In this document: in pieces, positions 7,980 to 17,152 of the stretch
Numbering within the stretch: the stretch's first letter is position 1
How the letters are laid out: each line of letters opens with the position of its first letter
DNA from: Gemmatimonadales bacterium
GTDB lineage: Bacteria; Gemmatimonadota; Gemmatimonadetes; Gemmatimonadales; GWC2-71-9
Assembly: GCA_965249575.1 (NCBI GenBank)
Contig: OZ252244.1
Location: 2,272,001 to 2,336,000 of the forward strand
Direction: 5' to 3'
DNA length: 64,000 nucleotides
Made by a program: the position numbers and the translations under genes
The notes under the pieces: generated by a model
What the model saw: only the letters and a program-made list of their open reading frames with translations
Database searches by the model: none
Told to the model about the DNA's origin: nothing

Positions 7980-10900
7980 CTATTCCCGTGCATCGTAGCC
8001 GAGGTTGGGTGCCAACCAGCGTTCCACTGCCCCGACGTCCATCCCCTTTCGGTGAGCGTATTCCTCGACCTGGTCCCTGCCGATCTTGCCCAACCCGAAA
8101 TAAATGGCGTCCGGATGCGAGAAGTACCACCCGCTGACGGAGGATGCTGGCCACATCGCGTAGCTCTCGGTGAGTCGGATGCCGGTATGCTTGGTAGCGT
8201 CCACGAGGTCGAACAGTACGCCCTTTTCCGTGTGGTCAGGACAGGCCGGATATCCGGGAGCGGGTCGGATACCGACGTAGCGCTCTTTGATCAAGTCGCG
8301 GTTCGATAAAGTCTCATCGGACACGTATCCCCAGTGCTCGCGCCGTACGCGCTCGTGCAGGTGCTCGGCAAAGGCCTCGGCGAGCCGGTCCGCCAGTGCC
8401 TTGGCCAGAATGCTGTTGTAATCGTCGTGATGCTTTTCGAAATCCGCGCAAAGCTCATCGAGTCCTTCACCTGCCGTGACGGCGAACCCGCCAACGTAAT
8501 CTCGAATACCCACGGCTTTCGGTGCCATGTAGTCGGTGAGACAAAGGTTGGGTCGCCCAGGCGGTTTTTCGGTCTGCTGGCGAAGGCCGTGTGTTACGGC
8601 GATGACACCTTCCCGGTCTTCATCGGAATACACCTCGATATCGTCGCACACGGCGTTGGCGGGGAAGAGGCCGATGACGCCTCTCGGGACGAGCAGCTCC
8701 TCCGCGACGATGCGATCCAGCAGTCGCCGTGCGTCGTCGAGTAGCTTGGCGGCTTCGGGTCCAACTCGCGGGTCCTCGAGGATCTCGGGATAGTGACCTC
8801 GCAGCTCCCACGTGGAGAAGAATGGGGACCAGTCGATGTAGTCGATCAGTTCCGCCACGGGGTAGGCGTCGAATCCCGTTACGCCGAGAGTGCGAGGTAC
8901 GCAAGGGCGGAAACCGTCCCACTCGATCTTCAGCTTCCGCTCCCGTGCCTGATCCAACGAGAGCATACGTCTCTGCGCCACCCGTCCGGCGTGTGATTCG
9001 CGAATTCGGGAGTATTCCTCTCGAACTGACTGCACGAACGAATCTCGTCTCTCCTCGCTCCTCAAGTTCCCGACGACCCCGACGCCGCGGGAGGCATCGA
9101 GGACGTGCACGGTTGCGCCGTGATAGCCGGGCTCGATTTTCACGGCCGTATGCACCTTTGATGTCGTCGCCCCACCGATTAGGAGCGGTACATCAAACTC
9201 CTCCCGCTCCAGTTCCTTGGCGACGTGAACCATTTCATCGAGCGAAGGGGTAATGAGCCCGCTCAGGCCGATGAGGTCCACCTGCTCGGCTCGCGCCGTC
9301 TCGAGAATCTTCGCCGCTGAAACCATGACACCGAGGTCGATGACCTCGTAGTTGTTACAGCGCAGAACGACGCCGACGATGTTCTTGCCGATGTCGTGCA
9401 CGTCACCCTTGACGGTGGCGAGCAGGATCTTGCCCTTCGTCTGAGGACCTAGACCGCGCTCGGCCTTTTCCCGCTCGATGAATGGCACGAGGTGCGCTAC
9501 CGCTTTCTTCATGACTCTCGCGCTCTTGACTACTTGAGGAAGAAACATCTTCCCACTTCCGAACAGGTCTCCAACGACGTTCATGCCGTCCATTAGCGGC
9601 CCTTCGATGACCTGGATGGGTCGATCGACTTTCTGTCGGGCCTCCTCGGTATCCTCGACGATGTAGTCTAGGATGCCCTCAATGAGGGCGTGGGCGAGTC
9701 GCTTCTCGACGTCGTCATGACGCCACTCGAGATCGACCGACCGTCCGTCCTTCTTGCCCCTGTACCGGTCCGCGAGAGCGGTGAGGCGTTCGGTGCCGTC
9801 ATCGCGGCGGTTGAGCAGCACATCTTCAACGGCATCGAGCAGCTCTTTCGGTATATCCGAGTAGACGGCCAGCTGTCCGGCGTTGACGATCCCCATGTCC
9901 AAGCCCGCGCGAATCCCGTGAAACAAGAACGCGGAATGCATCGCCTCGCGGACGGCGTTGCTCCCGCGGAAGGAGAACGAGACATTGCTCACGCCGCCGC
10001 TCACCAGGGAGTGCGGAAGCGTCTCCTTGATGGTGCGGCATGCCTCGATGAATTCGACGGCATAGCGATTGTGTTCCTCGATGCCGGTCCCCACCGCGAA
10101 CACGTTGGGATCGAAAATGATATCCTCGGGCGGAAATCCGATCTCGGTCAGCACACGGTAGACTTCCGTGCAGATCTCGACCTTTCGCTCAACCGTATCG
10201 GCCTGGCCTTGCTCGTCGAAGGCCATGACGACCACCGCGGCGCCAAAGAGCCGGACCTGTTCGGCCTTTTCGATGAAAGCCGAGACGCCCTCCTTGAGGC
10301 TGATCGAATTCACGACGCCCTTGCCCTGGACGCACTTCAAGCCGGCTTCGATCACCTCCCATTTGGACGAATCAATCATGATCGGGACTCGACTGATGTC
10401 GGGCTCCGCGGCCACGAGATTCAGAAACGTGACCATCGCTTCCTTCGAATCGAGCAACCCCTCGTCCATGTTGATGTCGATGATCTGTGCGCCGTTGGCG
10501 ACTTGCTGTCGGGCGACCTCGAGCGCCGCTTCGAAATCCCCCGATTTGATCAGGCCCGCAAATCGCGGTGACCCGGTGACATTTGTTCGCTCTCCGATGT
10601 TCACGAATCCGGTCTGCGGCGAAATCGTGAGCGCTTCGAGGCCGCTCAGCCGAGTGTACCGCTCGATTTCTGGTATCGGGCGCGGGGGGTGGCCCGCGAC
10701 GGCCGCGGCGATTGCACCGATGTGTGCGGGCGTCGTACCGCAGCAACCCCCGACGATGTTGAGGAAACCGCTCTCAGCGAACTCACCAATGATCGCAGCC
10801 ATCTCGTCCGGTGTTTGGTCATATTGCCCAAACTCATTTGGTAAGCCCGCGTTCGGATGGCAGCTCACGAGGGTATTGGCGATGCCGGACAATTCCTCGA

Positions 10901-11672
10901 CATACGGACGCAGCTGGCGGGCGCCGAGGGCGCAATTGAGACCGACGCTGAGCGGCTCCGCGTGCTGGACGGAATGCCAAAAGGCTTCCGTCGTCTGACC
11001 GGACAGCGTCCGGCCGCTGGCATCGGTAATCGTGCCCGATATCAGGATCGGGGTGCTGGCCCGTCGAGCCGCGAGCACACTCCGGACCGCGTAGAGCGCC
11101 GCTTTGCAATTGAGTGTGTCGAACACCGTCTCGACCATGAGCATGTCCACTCCGCCCTCGAGTAGCGCTTCGGTCTGCTCCGTATAGGCGGCTGACAGCT
11201 CGTCGAACGTGACGTTCCGGTATCCCGGATTGTTGACGTCCGGCGAGATCGAGCAGGTGCGGTTGGTTGGCCCGAGAACACCGCACACGAAGCGCGGCTT
11301 GTCCGGCTCTCGGTCACTGAACTCATCTGCCACTTTGCGGGCTAGGCGCACGGCCTCGTAGTTGAGCTCAGCGACGACGGACTCCATACCATAGTCGGCC
11401 ATTGAGACGGCCGTACTGTTGAACGTATTGGTCTCGGCGATGTCGGCCCCGGCGTCGAAGTAGGCGCGGTGAATGGCCGTGATCACGTCCGGCCGCGTCA
11501 GAGCCAAGAGGTCATTGTTGCCTCGCTGATCACGGGCGTGCCCCGCGAAGCGCTCGCCGCGAAAATCCTGCTCCGCCAGCTCGTAGCTCTGGATCATCGT
11601 ACCCATCGCCCCATCCAGCAGCAGGATGCGGCGTTCGAGCGCGTCGGCGAGAGTTCCCTGTCGTCGATCCAT
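7980..11672 (-). CDS. metH: Cobalamin-dependent methionine synthase
   Basis: 1230 aa; [22 protein letters not shown]12-binding motif, [12 protein letters not shown] activation domain. Confidence 0.98.
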   Translation of the reverse strand: MDRRQGTLADALERRILLLDGAMGTMIQSYELAEQDFRGERFAGHARDQRGNNDLLALTRPDVITAIHRAYFDAGADIAETNTFNSTAVSMADYGMESVVAELNYEAVRLARKVADEFSDREPDKPRFVCGVLGPTNRTCSISPDVNNPGYRNVTFDELSAAYTEQTEALLEGGVDMLMVETVFDTLNCKAALYAVRSVLAARRASTPILISGTITDASGRTLSGQTTEAFWHSVQHAEPLSVGLNCALGARQLRPYVEELSGIANTLVSCHPNAGLPNEFGQYDQTPDEMAAIIGEFAESGFLNIVGGCCGTTPAHIGAIAAAVAGHPPRPIPEIERYTRLSGLEALTISPQTGFVNIGERTNVTGSPRFAGLIKSGDFEAALEVARQQVANGAQIIDINMDEGLLDSKEAMVTFLNLVAAEPDISRVPIMIDSSKWEVIEAGLKCVQGKGVVNSISLKEGVSAFIEKAEQVRLFGAAVVVMAFDEQGQADTVERKVEICTEVYRVLTEIGFPPEDIIFDPNVFAVGTGIEEHNRYAVEFIEACRTIKETLPHSLVSGGVSNVSFSFRGSNAVREAMHSAFLFHGIRAGLDMGIVNAGQLAVYSDIPKELLDAVEDVLLNRRDDGTERLTALADRYRGKKDGRSVDLEWRHDDVEKRLAHALIEGILDYIVEDTEEARQKVDRPIQVIEGPLMDGMNVVGDLFGSGKMFLPQVVKSARVMKKAVAHLVPFIEREKAERGLGPQTKGKILLATVKGDVHDIGKNIVGVVLRCNNYEVIDLGVMVSAAKILETARAEQVDLIGLSGLITPSLDEMVHVAKELEREEFDVPLLIGGATTSKVHTAVKIEPGYHGATVHVLDASRGVGVVGNLRSEERRDSFVQSVREEYSRIRESHAGRVAQRRMLSLDQARERKLKIEWDGFRPCVPRTLGVTGFDAYPVAELIDYIDWSPFFSTWELRGHYPEILEDPRVGPEAAKLLDDARRLLDRIVAEELLVPRGVIGLFPANAVCDDIEVYSDEDREGVIAVTHGLRQQTEKPPGRPNLCLTDYMAPKAVGIRDYVGGFAVTAGEGLDELCADFEKHHDDYNSILAKALADRLAEAFAEHLHERVRREHWGYVSDETLSNRDLIKERYVGIRPAPGYPACPDHTEKGVLFDLVDATKHTGIRLTESYAMWPASSVSGWYFSHPDAIYFGLGKIGRDQVEEYAHRKGMDVGAVERWLAPNLGYDARE

Positions 11673-11734
11673 TTCTCCCTAATCGGCCCGCGTCGTCGCC
11701 GCGGCGGTCAGAGGAGGCCGCCGCAGCCTGGTCT

Positions 11735-11770
11735 AAAAAAAAGACCCCGTCGCCAATTACGCGCCGAGGT
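11735..11770 (-). terminator. Intrinsic terminator forming the riboswitch expression platform of metH
   Basis: Minus strand ACCUCGGCGC-GUAAUUG-GCGACGGGGU hairpin followed by C and U8. Confidence 0.8.
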
Positions 11771-11775
11771 GATAG

Positions 11776-11826
11776 GCGTTTTAGCGACTTGTTTAACGTG
11801 GCTGCAATAGCCGCAAATCACCACGT
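11776..11826 (-). ncRNA. SAM-II (SAM_alpha-type) riboswitch aptamer
   Basis: Minus strand ACGUGGUGAUUUGCGGCUAUUGCAGCCACGUUAAACAAGUCGCUAAAACGC matches the SAM-II consensus (P1 CGUGG/CCACG, UGAUUU, UUGCA, GCUAAA), in the metH 5' UTR. Confidence 0.92.
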
Positions 11827-11868
11827 ACTCAGTTGTAGGGTGAATCTAATCGTTTCCGTATCCGCTGA

Positions 11869-12156
11869 CTAGAGTCGAATCTTGGCACTGGTGATTGTAA
11901 GACGAAACTTAACCTCCGACGCGCTCATCCCATCGACCTCGATGATCTTCCGTTTTGATGCGTGTCCCGCCAGTACCCGCACGTCCGACCGCCGCCGGCC
12001 GGTCCGCCGGGCGATGAGGCGAATAACGGCCTCGTTCGCCGCTCCGTCGACCGGTGGTGGGGTCACGTGGATCTTAATCGCGTCACCGTGACGGCCAATC
12101 ACCGCCGTGCTCCTCGAGCGCGGTTGCACGAGCACGGTGACGCGCCCAGCCTTCAG
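11869..12156 (-). CDS. yggU: DUF167/YggU family protein (CTG start at 12156 or TTG at 12174)
   Basis: VLVQPRS, PPVDGAANEA, GHASKRK; downstream of yggT. Confidence 0.88.
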   Translation of the reverse strand: MKAGRVTVLVQPRSRSTAVIGRHGDAIKIHVTPPPVDGAANEAVIRLIARRTGRRRSDVRVLAGHASKRKIIEVDGMSASEVKFRLTITSAKIRL

Positions 12157-12719
12157 ATCAGCCTCAGTATCCAACTGAGGACTAATTGCAACAGGAACCA
12201 CGCGGCGACCGGTGTGATGTCGATCATTCCGATGGGTGGGATGATGCGCTGCAATGGCCTCACGATCCAATCGGTGAGTACATAGGCGGGGCGGAGCCAC
12301 CGGTTGTAACGTCCCGCTCCGAGCCACGATCCCACCACTCGAGCGATCAGGGCGATGAGAACGATCTGCCCAGCATAGTACACGAGCAGCCTGAGGACGC
12401 CGCGCGGCCCCCCCGACGCTGCCCCCGCCACCCGCGATATCTGCCCCGCCAACCACTGTGCGCCGCTGATGACTATGATGCCGGCCAAGATGGTCATCCC
12501 CAGCAGCCACCATGGTGCCTGCTGCGGGTTGCCACCTCGGCGCAGCAGCCAGGTCTCCAGGGGTGAAAGGACGGGGTCGGTGAGCCGCTGGACCGCACGG
12601 GCGGTCGGCCCAAACGGGTTGATTCGCCGGGTGCGTACCGCCCAGGAGCCGAGGGCAGCGCCCGTGCTGAACACAAGAAGGGCGAGAACGGCTACTCGAA
12701 GGACCTCGAGGACGGGCAT
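12153..12719 (-). CDS. yggT: YggT family membrane protein
   Basis: Two YGGT repeats (LTDPVLSPL; LTDWIVRPLQRIIPPIGMIDITP). Confidence 0.92.
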   Translation of the reverse strand: MPVLEVLRVAVLALLVFSTGAALGSWAVRTRRINPFGPTARAVQRLTDPVLSPLETWLLRRGGNPQQAPWWLLGMTILAGIIVISGAQWLAGQISRVAGAASGGPRGVLRLLVYYAGQIVLIALIARVVGSWLGAGRYNRWLRPAYVLTDWIVRPLQRIIPPIGMIDITPVAAWFLLQLVLSWILRLI

Positions 12720-13292
12720 CTACGGATTGTAGACTTCGACGATGTCGGTCTGAGCGAAGCCCGCGCTGGGCCCCCCGCCAATAACCCACGCCTTGCCACC
12801 GACGGCGGCGGCCCCGAGACCGTGCCGCCCCGTCGGCATCGAGGAAAGTGACGTCCAGGCGTCGGCCGCCGGATCGTACACTTCGTGGTTGTCGAACACC
12901 TCGGTGCGCGTCTCTCCGCCATAGGTGTAGATCTTTCCACCAAGCGCGACGGCGGCGAGGCCGCCGCGGCGGCTCGGCATCGGGGCGCGGTCTGAGGTCC
13001 GTAGCCGCCGACGGGGCAGGTCACGAATCGGCGCCCAGCGGTCGCCCGCCGTGTCGTATCGGTAGGCAGCGGTGCTGGCTGCGTCATCCGCGTCGAAGCC
13101 CCCGGCGATGTAGATCCTCCCGTGCAGCACGGCGGCGTGCAGTTCCTGAAGGGGCTCCGGGATCGCGGCCGCCTCGGTCCACTGCTCGAGAGCCTCGACG
13201 TTGGCCGGCCCCGCGCAGCCAGCCGTAACGAGCCCGTGCGCGAGCGCCGCCACGACGAGCTGGCCTTTGGGTCCTGAAAGCACTCGCGTCAC
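12720..13292 (-). CDS. Kelch-repeat putative lipoprotein, only about three blades (probable internal deletion)
   Basis: GTGA overlap with the sucA stop; VTAG|C lipobox-like; IYIAGG..YD...W, IYTYGG..YDP..W and WVIGG repeats. Confidence 0.75.
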   Translation of the reverse strand: MTRVLSGPKGQLVVAALAHGLVTAGCAGPANVEALEQWTEAAAIPEPLQELHAAVLHGRIYIAGGFDADDAASTAAYRYDTAGDRWAPIRDLPRRRLRTSDRAPMPSRRGGLAAVALGGKIYTYGGETRTEVFDNHEVYDPAADAWTSLSSMPTGRHGLGAAAVGGKAWVIGGGPSAGFAQTDIVEVYNP

Positions 13293-16200
13293 CGTAGCGA
13301 CTCGGTGACCAGTCGTTCCTGCTCCCGTTGATGAGCTGCGGGGTATCCCTCGGCCGGGCTCGACCGCTCGGGTCGGGAGACGAACCACACCTCCACGCCG
13401 GCCGGCGCGGCCGCCATCAATTGCGGAACGACCCACTTCCGTCCTCCGAGGTTGGCGGGTTCCTCCTGGAGCCAGACGATTTCTCGCAGGCCCGGGTAGG
13501 ACCGAATCACTTCGATGGTGTCGTCCTTGGGGAACGGATACAGGAGCTCGATGCGAGCCACGGCGACGTGCGATGCTTGAGCTCGGTGGCGCGATTTCAC
13601 CACGTCATAGAACACCTTACCGCTGCAGAAGACCAGGCGTGTCACCAGGGCCGGCCCAGCCGGGGGGGCGGGGTCGTCCAGGACCTGGTGGAACATCCCG
13701 TCGCTCAGATCCGTCAATGATGACAGCGCGTTGGGCGAGCGCAGCAGGCTCTTGGGCGTCATGATGACGAGGGGGCGAATCTCCTGGTGTCTCGCCTGCC
13801 GGCGCAGCAGGTGAAAGTACTGGGCGGGGGTAGAGCAATTCGCCACCCGAATGTTCCCCTCGGCGCCGAGCGCGAGAAACCGCTCGAGTCGGGCGTTGGA
13901 GTGTTCCGGTCCCTGTCCCTCGTATCCGTGTGGCAACAGCAACGCAAGCCGGGACGTCTGTCCCCACTTCGAGAGTCCGGCAATCACGAACTGGTCGACG
14001 ATGACTTGGGCCGTGTTGGCGAAGTCTCCAAACTGCGCTTCCCACATGACGAGTGTGTCAGGTGCTGCCACGCTATAACCGTATTCGAAGCCAAGGACGG
14101 CATATTCGGAGAGCGGACTGTTGTGCATCTCGAACGGTGCCGTCGCCCCGGGAAGGTGTTGCACCGGAGCGTATCGCTCGCCCGTCTGCCCGTCATGAAG
14201 CATCAGGTGGCGCTGGCTGAACGTTCCGCGCTCACTGTCCTGTCCGCTGAGGCGGAGTGGAATGCCTTCGTTCAAGAGCGCGGCAAATGCCAACGCCTCC
14301 GCGTGGGCCCAGTCGATCGCGGGCTCACCGTCGAGGGCCTCGAGTCGCTTGTTGAGTTGCCGCTTGAGCTTGGGAGTTATGGTGAAGCCGTCCGGCACGG
14401 TCACCAATTGATGGTTCAGTGACCGAATGGCTTCTTCGGGCACAGCCGTTTCCGGCTCGGCGATGGGAGTCCACGCCCCCGAAATCCGTACCGGCTCCTC
14501 CCCCTCCGCGGCGCTCGAAAGCTCCTGTCGGAGCTTCTGCTGTGTTGCAGCCAAGTGGTGCTGGTGATCTTCCGCTTGCTTCTCCGCATCCTGGCGCTCG
14601 ATCACGCCCTCCTGAGCGAGCCGATCGGCGTAAATCGCCCGGGCAGTGGGGTGCTCGTCGATGCGCTGGTACCTGACGGGCTGCGTGTAACGCGGCTCGT
14701 CCGCCTCGTTGTGTCCGTGGCGCCGATAGCCGACCAGGTCGATGACGCAGTCTCCACGGAAGCGCTGACGGTACATCAATGCCAGGCGGATCGCCGCGAG
14801 GCACGCTTCCGCGTCATCGGCGTTGACGTGGATGATTGGAACGTCGAACCCCTTTGCCAAATCGCTTGAGTAATCCGTTGAGCGCGCCTCCCGGGGATCG
14901 GTGGTGAAGCCCACCTGGTTGTTGGCGATGATGTGGAGCGTCCCCCCAGTCCCGTACCCTGGGAGTCGCGCGAGGTTGAACGTCTCCGCCACCACACCCT
15001 GGGCGGCAAAGGCGGCGTCTCCGTGGACTAGTATGGCGAGGGCGGAGTCCACGTTCTGGCTCACACGCGGTCCACGTCGATTCGTTTGCACAGCGCGTGT
15101 CCGCCCTTCTACGACGGGATCAACCGCCTCGAGGTGACTCGGGTTCGGCAACAGTGAGACGGTGATCCGTTTGCCGCCCGCCGTACGGAACTCGCCGCTC
15201 GCACCGTGGTGGTACTTGACGTCGCCGGTGCCCCCCTTCGGCGTCAGTGTTTCCTCTACATGGAGACCGCCTTCGAACTCCGCCAGCAGGGTCTCGTACG
15301 GCACGCCAATGAGGTGGGTGAGCACGTTCAAGCGCCCCCGATGCGGCATGCCGAGCACGACTTCGGACGTCCCGCCATCCGCAGCGAGATCAAGGGCGTG
15401 CTCGAGCATCGGAATCAAAAGATCGATACCCTCGGAGCCAAATCGCTTTGCGCCAAGGTAGGCGCGATGGAGGAAGCGTTCCAGGGAGTCGACTTCGGTC
15501 AGCATGCTCAGGAGGCGACGTTTTTCCTCGCCGGTCAGCGGAACGCGGTGCTCACCCGCTTCGATGACTCGGCGCAGCCACACGCGTTCTTCGTGGTTTG
15601 CGATGTGCTCTATCTCGTATGCGATCGTCCCGCAGTACGTCTGCTGGAGTAGGGGTAAGACCTCGGCCAGGGTATCCCCGGCCACGTAGACGCGGAGCAC
15701 GTTGGCCGTGATCTCCGCCATGACGTCCCGCGTCAACCCGAGTGGCTCGGGATCAAGGGCAGGGTCACCGGGTGGATTCGTTCCCAAGGGATCGAGCCGC
15801 GCGGCGAGATAACCGTGAGTTCGGTGGTTCTTCACCAGCGACATCGCGGCGGCGATGTGCTCAGGCGCGGATAATCCACCCTCCGCGACCTGGGGAGTCG
15901 GTTGGGGTGCGACCGCGGGCGGTGGTGGCGCGCCAGCTTCCGAAACGTCGAGGGCTCGGGCAATGTGGCCGTACCAGTCGTCGTCACCCTGCAGCACACC
16001 GTCCAGGACGCGGAGGAACGTGCCCGAATCAGCCCCTTGAATGATGCGGTGATCGTATGTGCTCGAAACGGTCATGATGCGGACGCCCGCCACGTTGCGA
16101 ATCGCGCCCGTAGCGATGATCGATCCCTGTCCACGCATGAGCCGCGGCACCGATGCCACGGTGCCGAGGGTGCCGGGGTTGGTGAGCGTCACGGTTGCGC

Positions 16201-16855
16201 CCTGATAGGCATCCGGCAAGAGCTTCCCGCCCCGGGCGCCCGCGACGAGGCGTTCGTACTCCGCGTGAAAATCGGCGAAGGTCATGCCGCCGGCATTCTT
16301 GATGACCGGAACCAGCAGGCCCCGCGACCCGTCCTTGCGCTCCACGTCCACCGCCAGCCCGAGGTCGATAGAGTCTGGGACCAGCATCTCGGGACCGTCA
16401 TCGGTGTCGATTACCGCGTGGTGCATCGACGGGATTTCTTGAATCGCGTGGACGATCGCCCAGCCGACGAGGTGCGTGAAGGACAATTTGAGGTTACGCG
16501 ACGCGAGCGTCGCGTTCAGTCCGGCCCGTTCAGCCCAAAGGTGGGTGACGTCGATGTCCCGGAACGACGTCGCGGTGGGAACGGCGAGGCTCGACTCCAT
16601 GTTCCGGAGCAGGCGTAGCGCGGCTCCTTTGATCGGCTGGGCTGCCGGAGCGCCGGCCCCTGCGCTTTCGTCCGGAGCCGTGGCTGGGGGACCAGCGCGA
16701 GGTGGCGGAGGAGCGTGAGCTGGGCTTTCCCCCTTCAGTCCGTTCTCGAACAACGTTCGCCACTCCTCCGGCACCGACGCTGGATCCCGGAGGAAATCCT
16801 CGTACAGAGCCTGGGCAAACCCGGAGTTGACGGTCTCGAAAACGTTATCGAACAC
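13289..16855 (-). CDS. sucA: Multifunctional 2-oxoglutarate decarboxylase/dehydrogenase with N-terminal succinyltransferase-like domain (KGD type)
   Basis: E2-like TNPG...YDHRIIQG, then E1o motifs GMPHRGRLN, GDVKYH, HGDAAF, SGQDSERGTFSQRH and WEAQFGDF. Confidence 0.96.
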   Translation of the reverse strand: MFDNVFETVNSGFAQALYEDFLRDPASVPEEWRTLFENGLKGESPAHAPPPPRAGPPATAPDESAGAGAPAAQPIKGAALRLLRNMESSLAVPTATSFRDIDVTHLWAERAGLNATLASRNLKLSFTHLVGWAIVHAIQEIPSMHHAVIDTDDGPEMLVPDSIDLGLAVDVERKDGSRGLLVPVIKNAGGMTFADFHAEYERLVAGARGGKLLPDAYQGATVTLTNPGTLGTVASVPRLMRGQGSIIATGAIRNVAGVRIMTVSSTYDHRIIQGADSGTFLRVLDGVLQGDDDWYGHIARALDVSEAGAPPPPAVAPQPTPQVAEGGLSAPEHIAAAMSLVKNHRTHGYLAARLDPLGTNPPGDPALDPEPLGLTRDVMAEITANVLRVYVAGDTLAEVLPLLQQTYCGTIAYEIEHIANHEERVWLRRVIEAGEHRVPLTGEEKRRLLSMLTEVDSLERFLHRAYLGAKRFGSEGIDLLIPMLEHALDLAADGGTSEVVLGMPHRGRLNVLTHLIGVPYETLLAEFEGGLHVEETLTPKGGTGDVKYHHGASGEFRTAGGKRITVSLLPNPSHLEAVDPVVEGRTRAVQTNRRGPRVSQNVDSALAILVHGDAAFAAQGVVAETFNLARLPGYGTGGTLHIIANNQVGFTTDPREARSTDYSSDLAKGFDVPIIHVNADDAEACLAAIRLALMYRQRFRGDCVIDLVGYRRHGHNEADEPRYTQPVRYQRIDEHPTARAIYADRLAQEGVIERQDAEKQAEDHQHHLAATQQKLRQELSSAAEGEEPVRISGAWTPIAEPETAVPEEAIRSLNHQLVTVPDGFTITPKLKRQLNKRLEALDGEPAIDWAHAEALAFAALLNEGIPLRLSGQDSERGTFSQRHLMLHDGQTGERYAPVQHLPGATAPFEMHNSPLSEYAVLGFEYGYSVAAPDTLVMWEAQFGDFANTAQVIVDQFVIAGLSKWGQTSRLALLLPHGYEGQGPEHSNARLERFLALGAEGNIRVANCSTPAQYFHLLRRQARHQEIRPLVIMTPKSLLRSPNALSSLTDLSDGMFHQVLDDPAPPAGPALVTRLVFCSGKVFYDVVKSRHRAQASHVAVARIELLYPFPKDDTIEVIRSYPGLREIVWLQEEPANLGGRKWVVPQLMAAAPAGVEVWFVSRPERSSPAEGYPAAHQREQERLVTESLR

Positions 16856-17005
16856 AGTTGAATCGCCGTACCCGTTGGTGTAAAAGCCGTCCGCATGGGA
16901 AGATATGTGCGTCTTCGTATCAAGTCGAGTTCGATGTCGGCCGCCGATCTTGGAGCACGCGCCGAGGTACTCAGCTTGACCGCGTCACCCATCGGCCATG
17001 TGTCC

Positions 17006-17145
17006 ATGTTCGGATCGGTGGACGATTTTCTAGAGCGTTGGGGTCAGGAATCCGTCTGGGGCTGGCGGATCCTCCGTGCCGGGGCCGACCCGTCACTCGC
17101 GCAAGGAGTGGCCCCGGCCATCGGTCGCTCGAGGATAGGGGTGGG
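17006..17145 (+). pseudogene. Remnant of a DinB-family protein N-terminus
   Basis: MFGSVDDFLERWGQES...SLAQGVAP then frameshifted GHRSLE resembles the DinB N-terminal pattern (MFxxxxDFLxxWxxE...SLxQxVAPGHRxL); runs into the 3' end of the convergent gene. Confidence 0.5.
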
Positions 17146-17152
17146 AACGGGG

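Noticed and set aside
7221..10998. Long plus-strand ORFs antisense to yitJ and metH (e.g. 7221..8309, 9690..10571)
   Set aside because: Shadow ORFs typical of high-GC DNA, with no recognisable motifs.
13289..16855. E2-E1 fusion in sucA as a novelty
   Set aside because: Established KGD/OdhA architecture.
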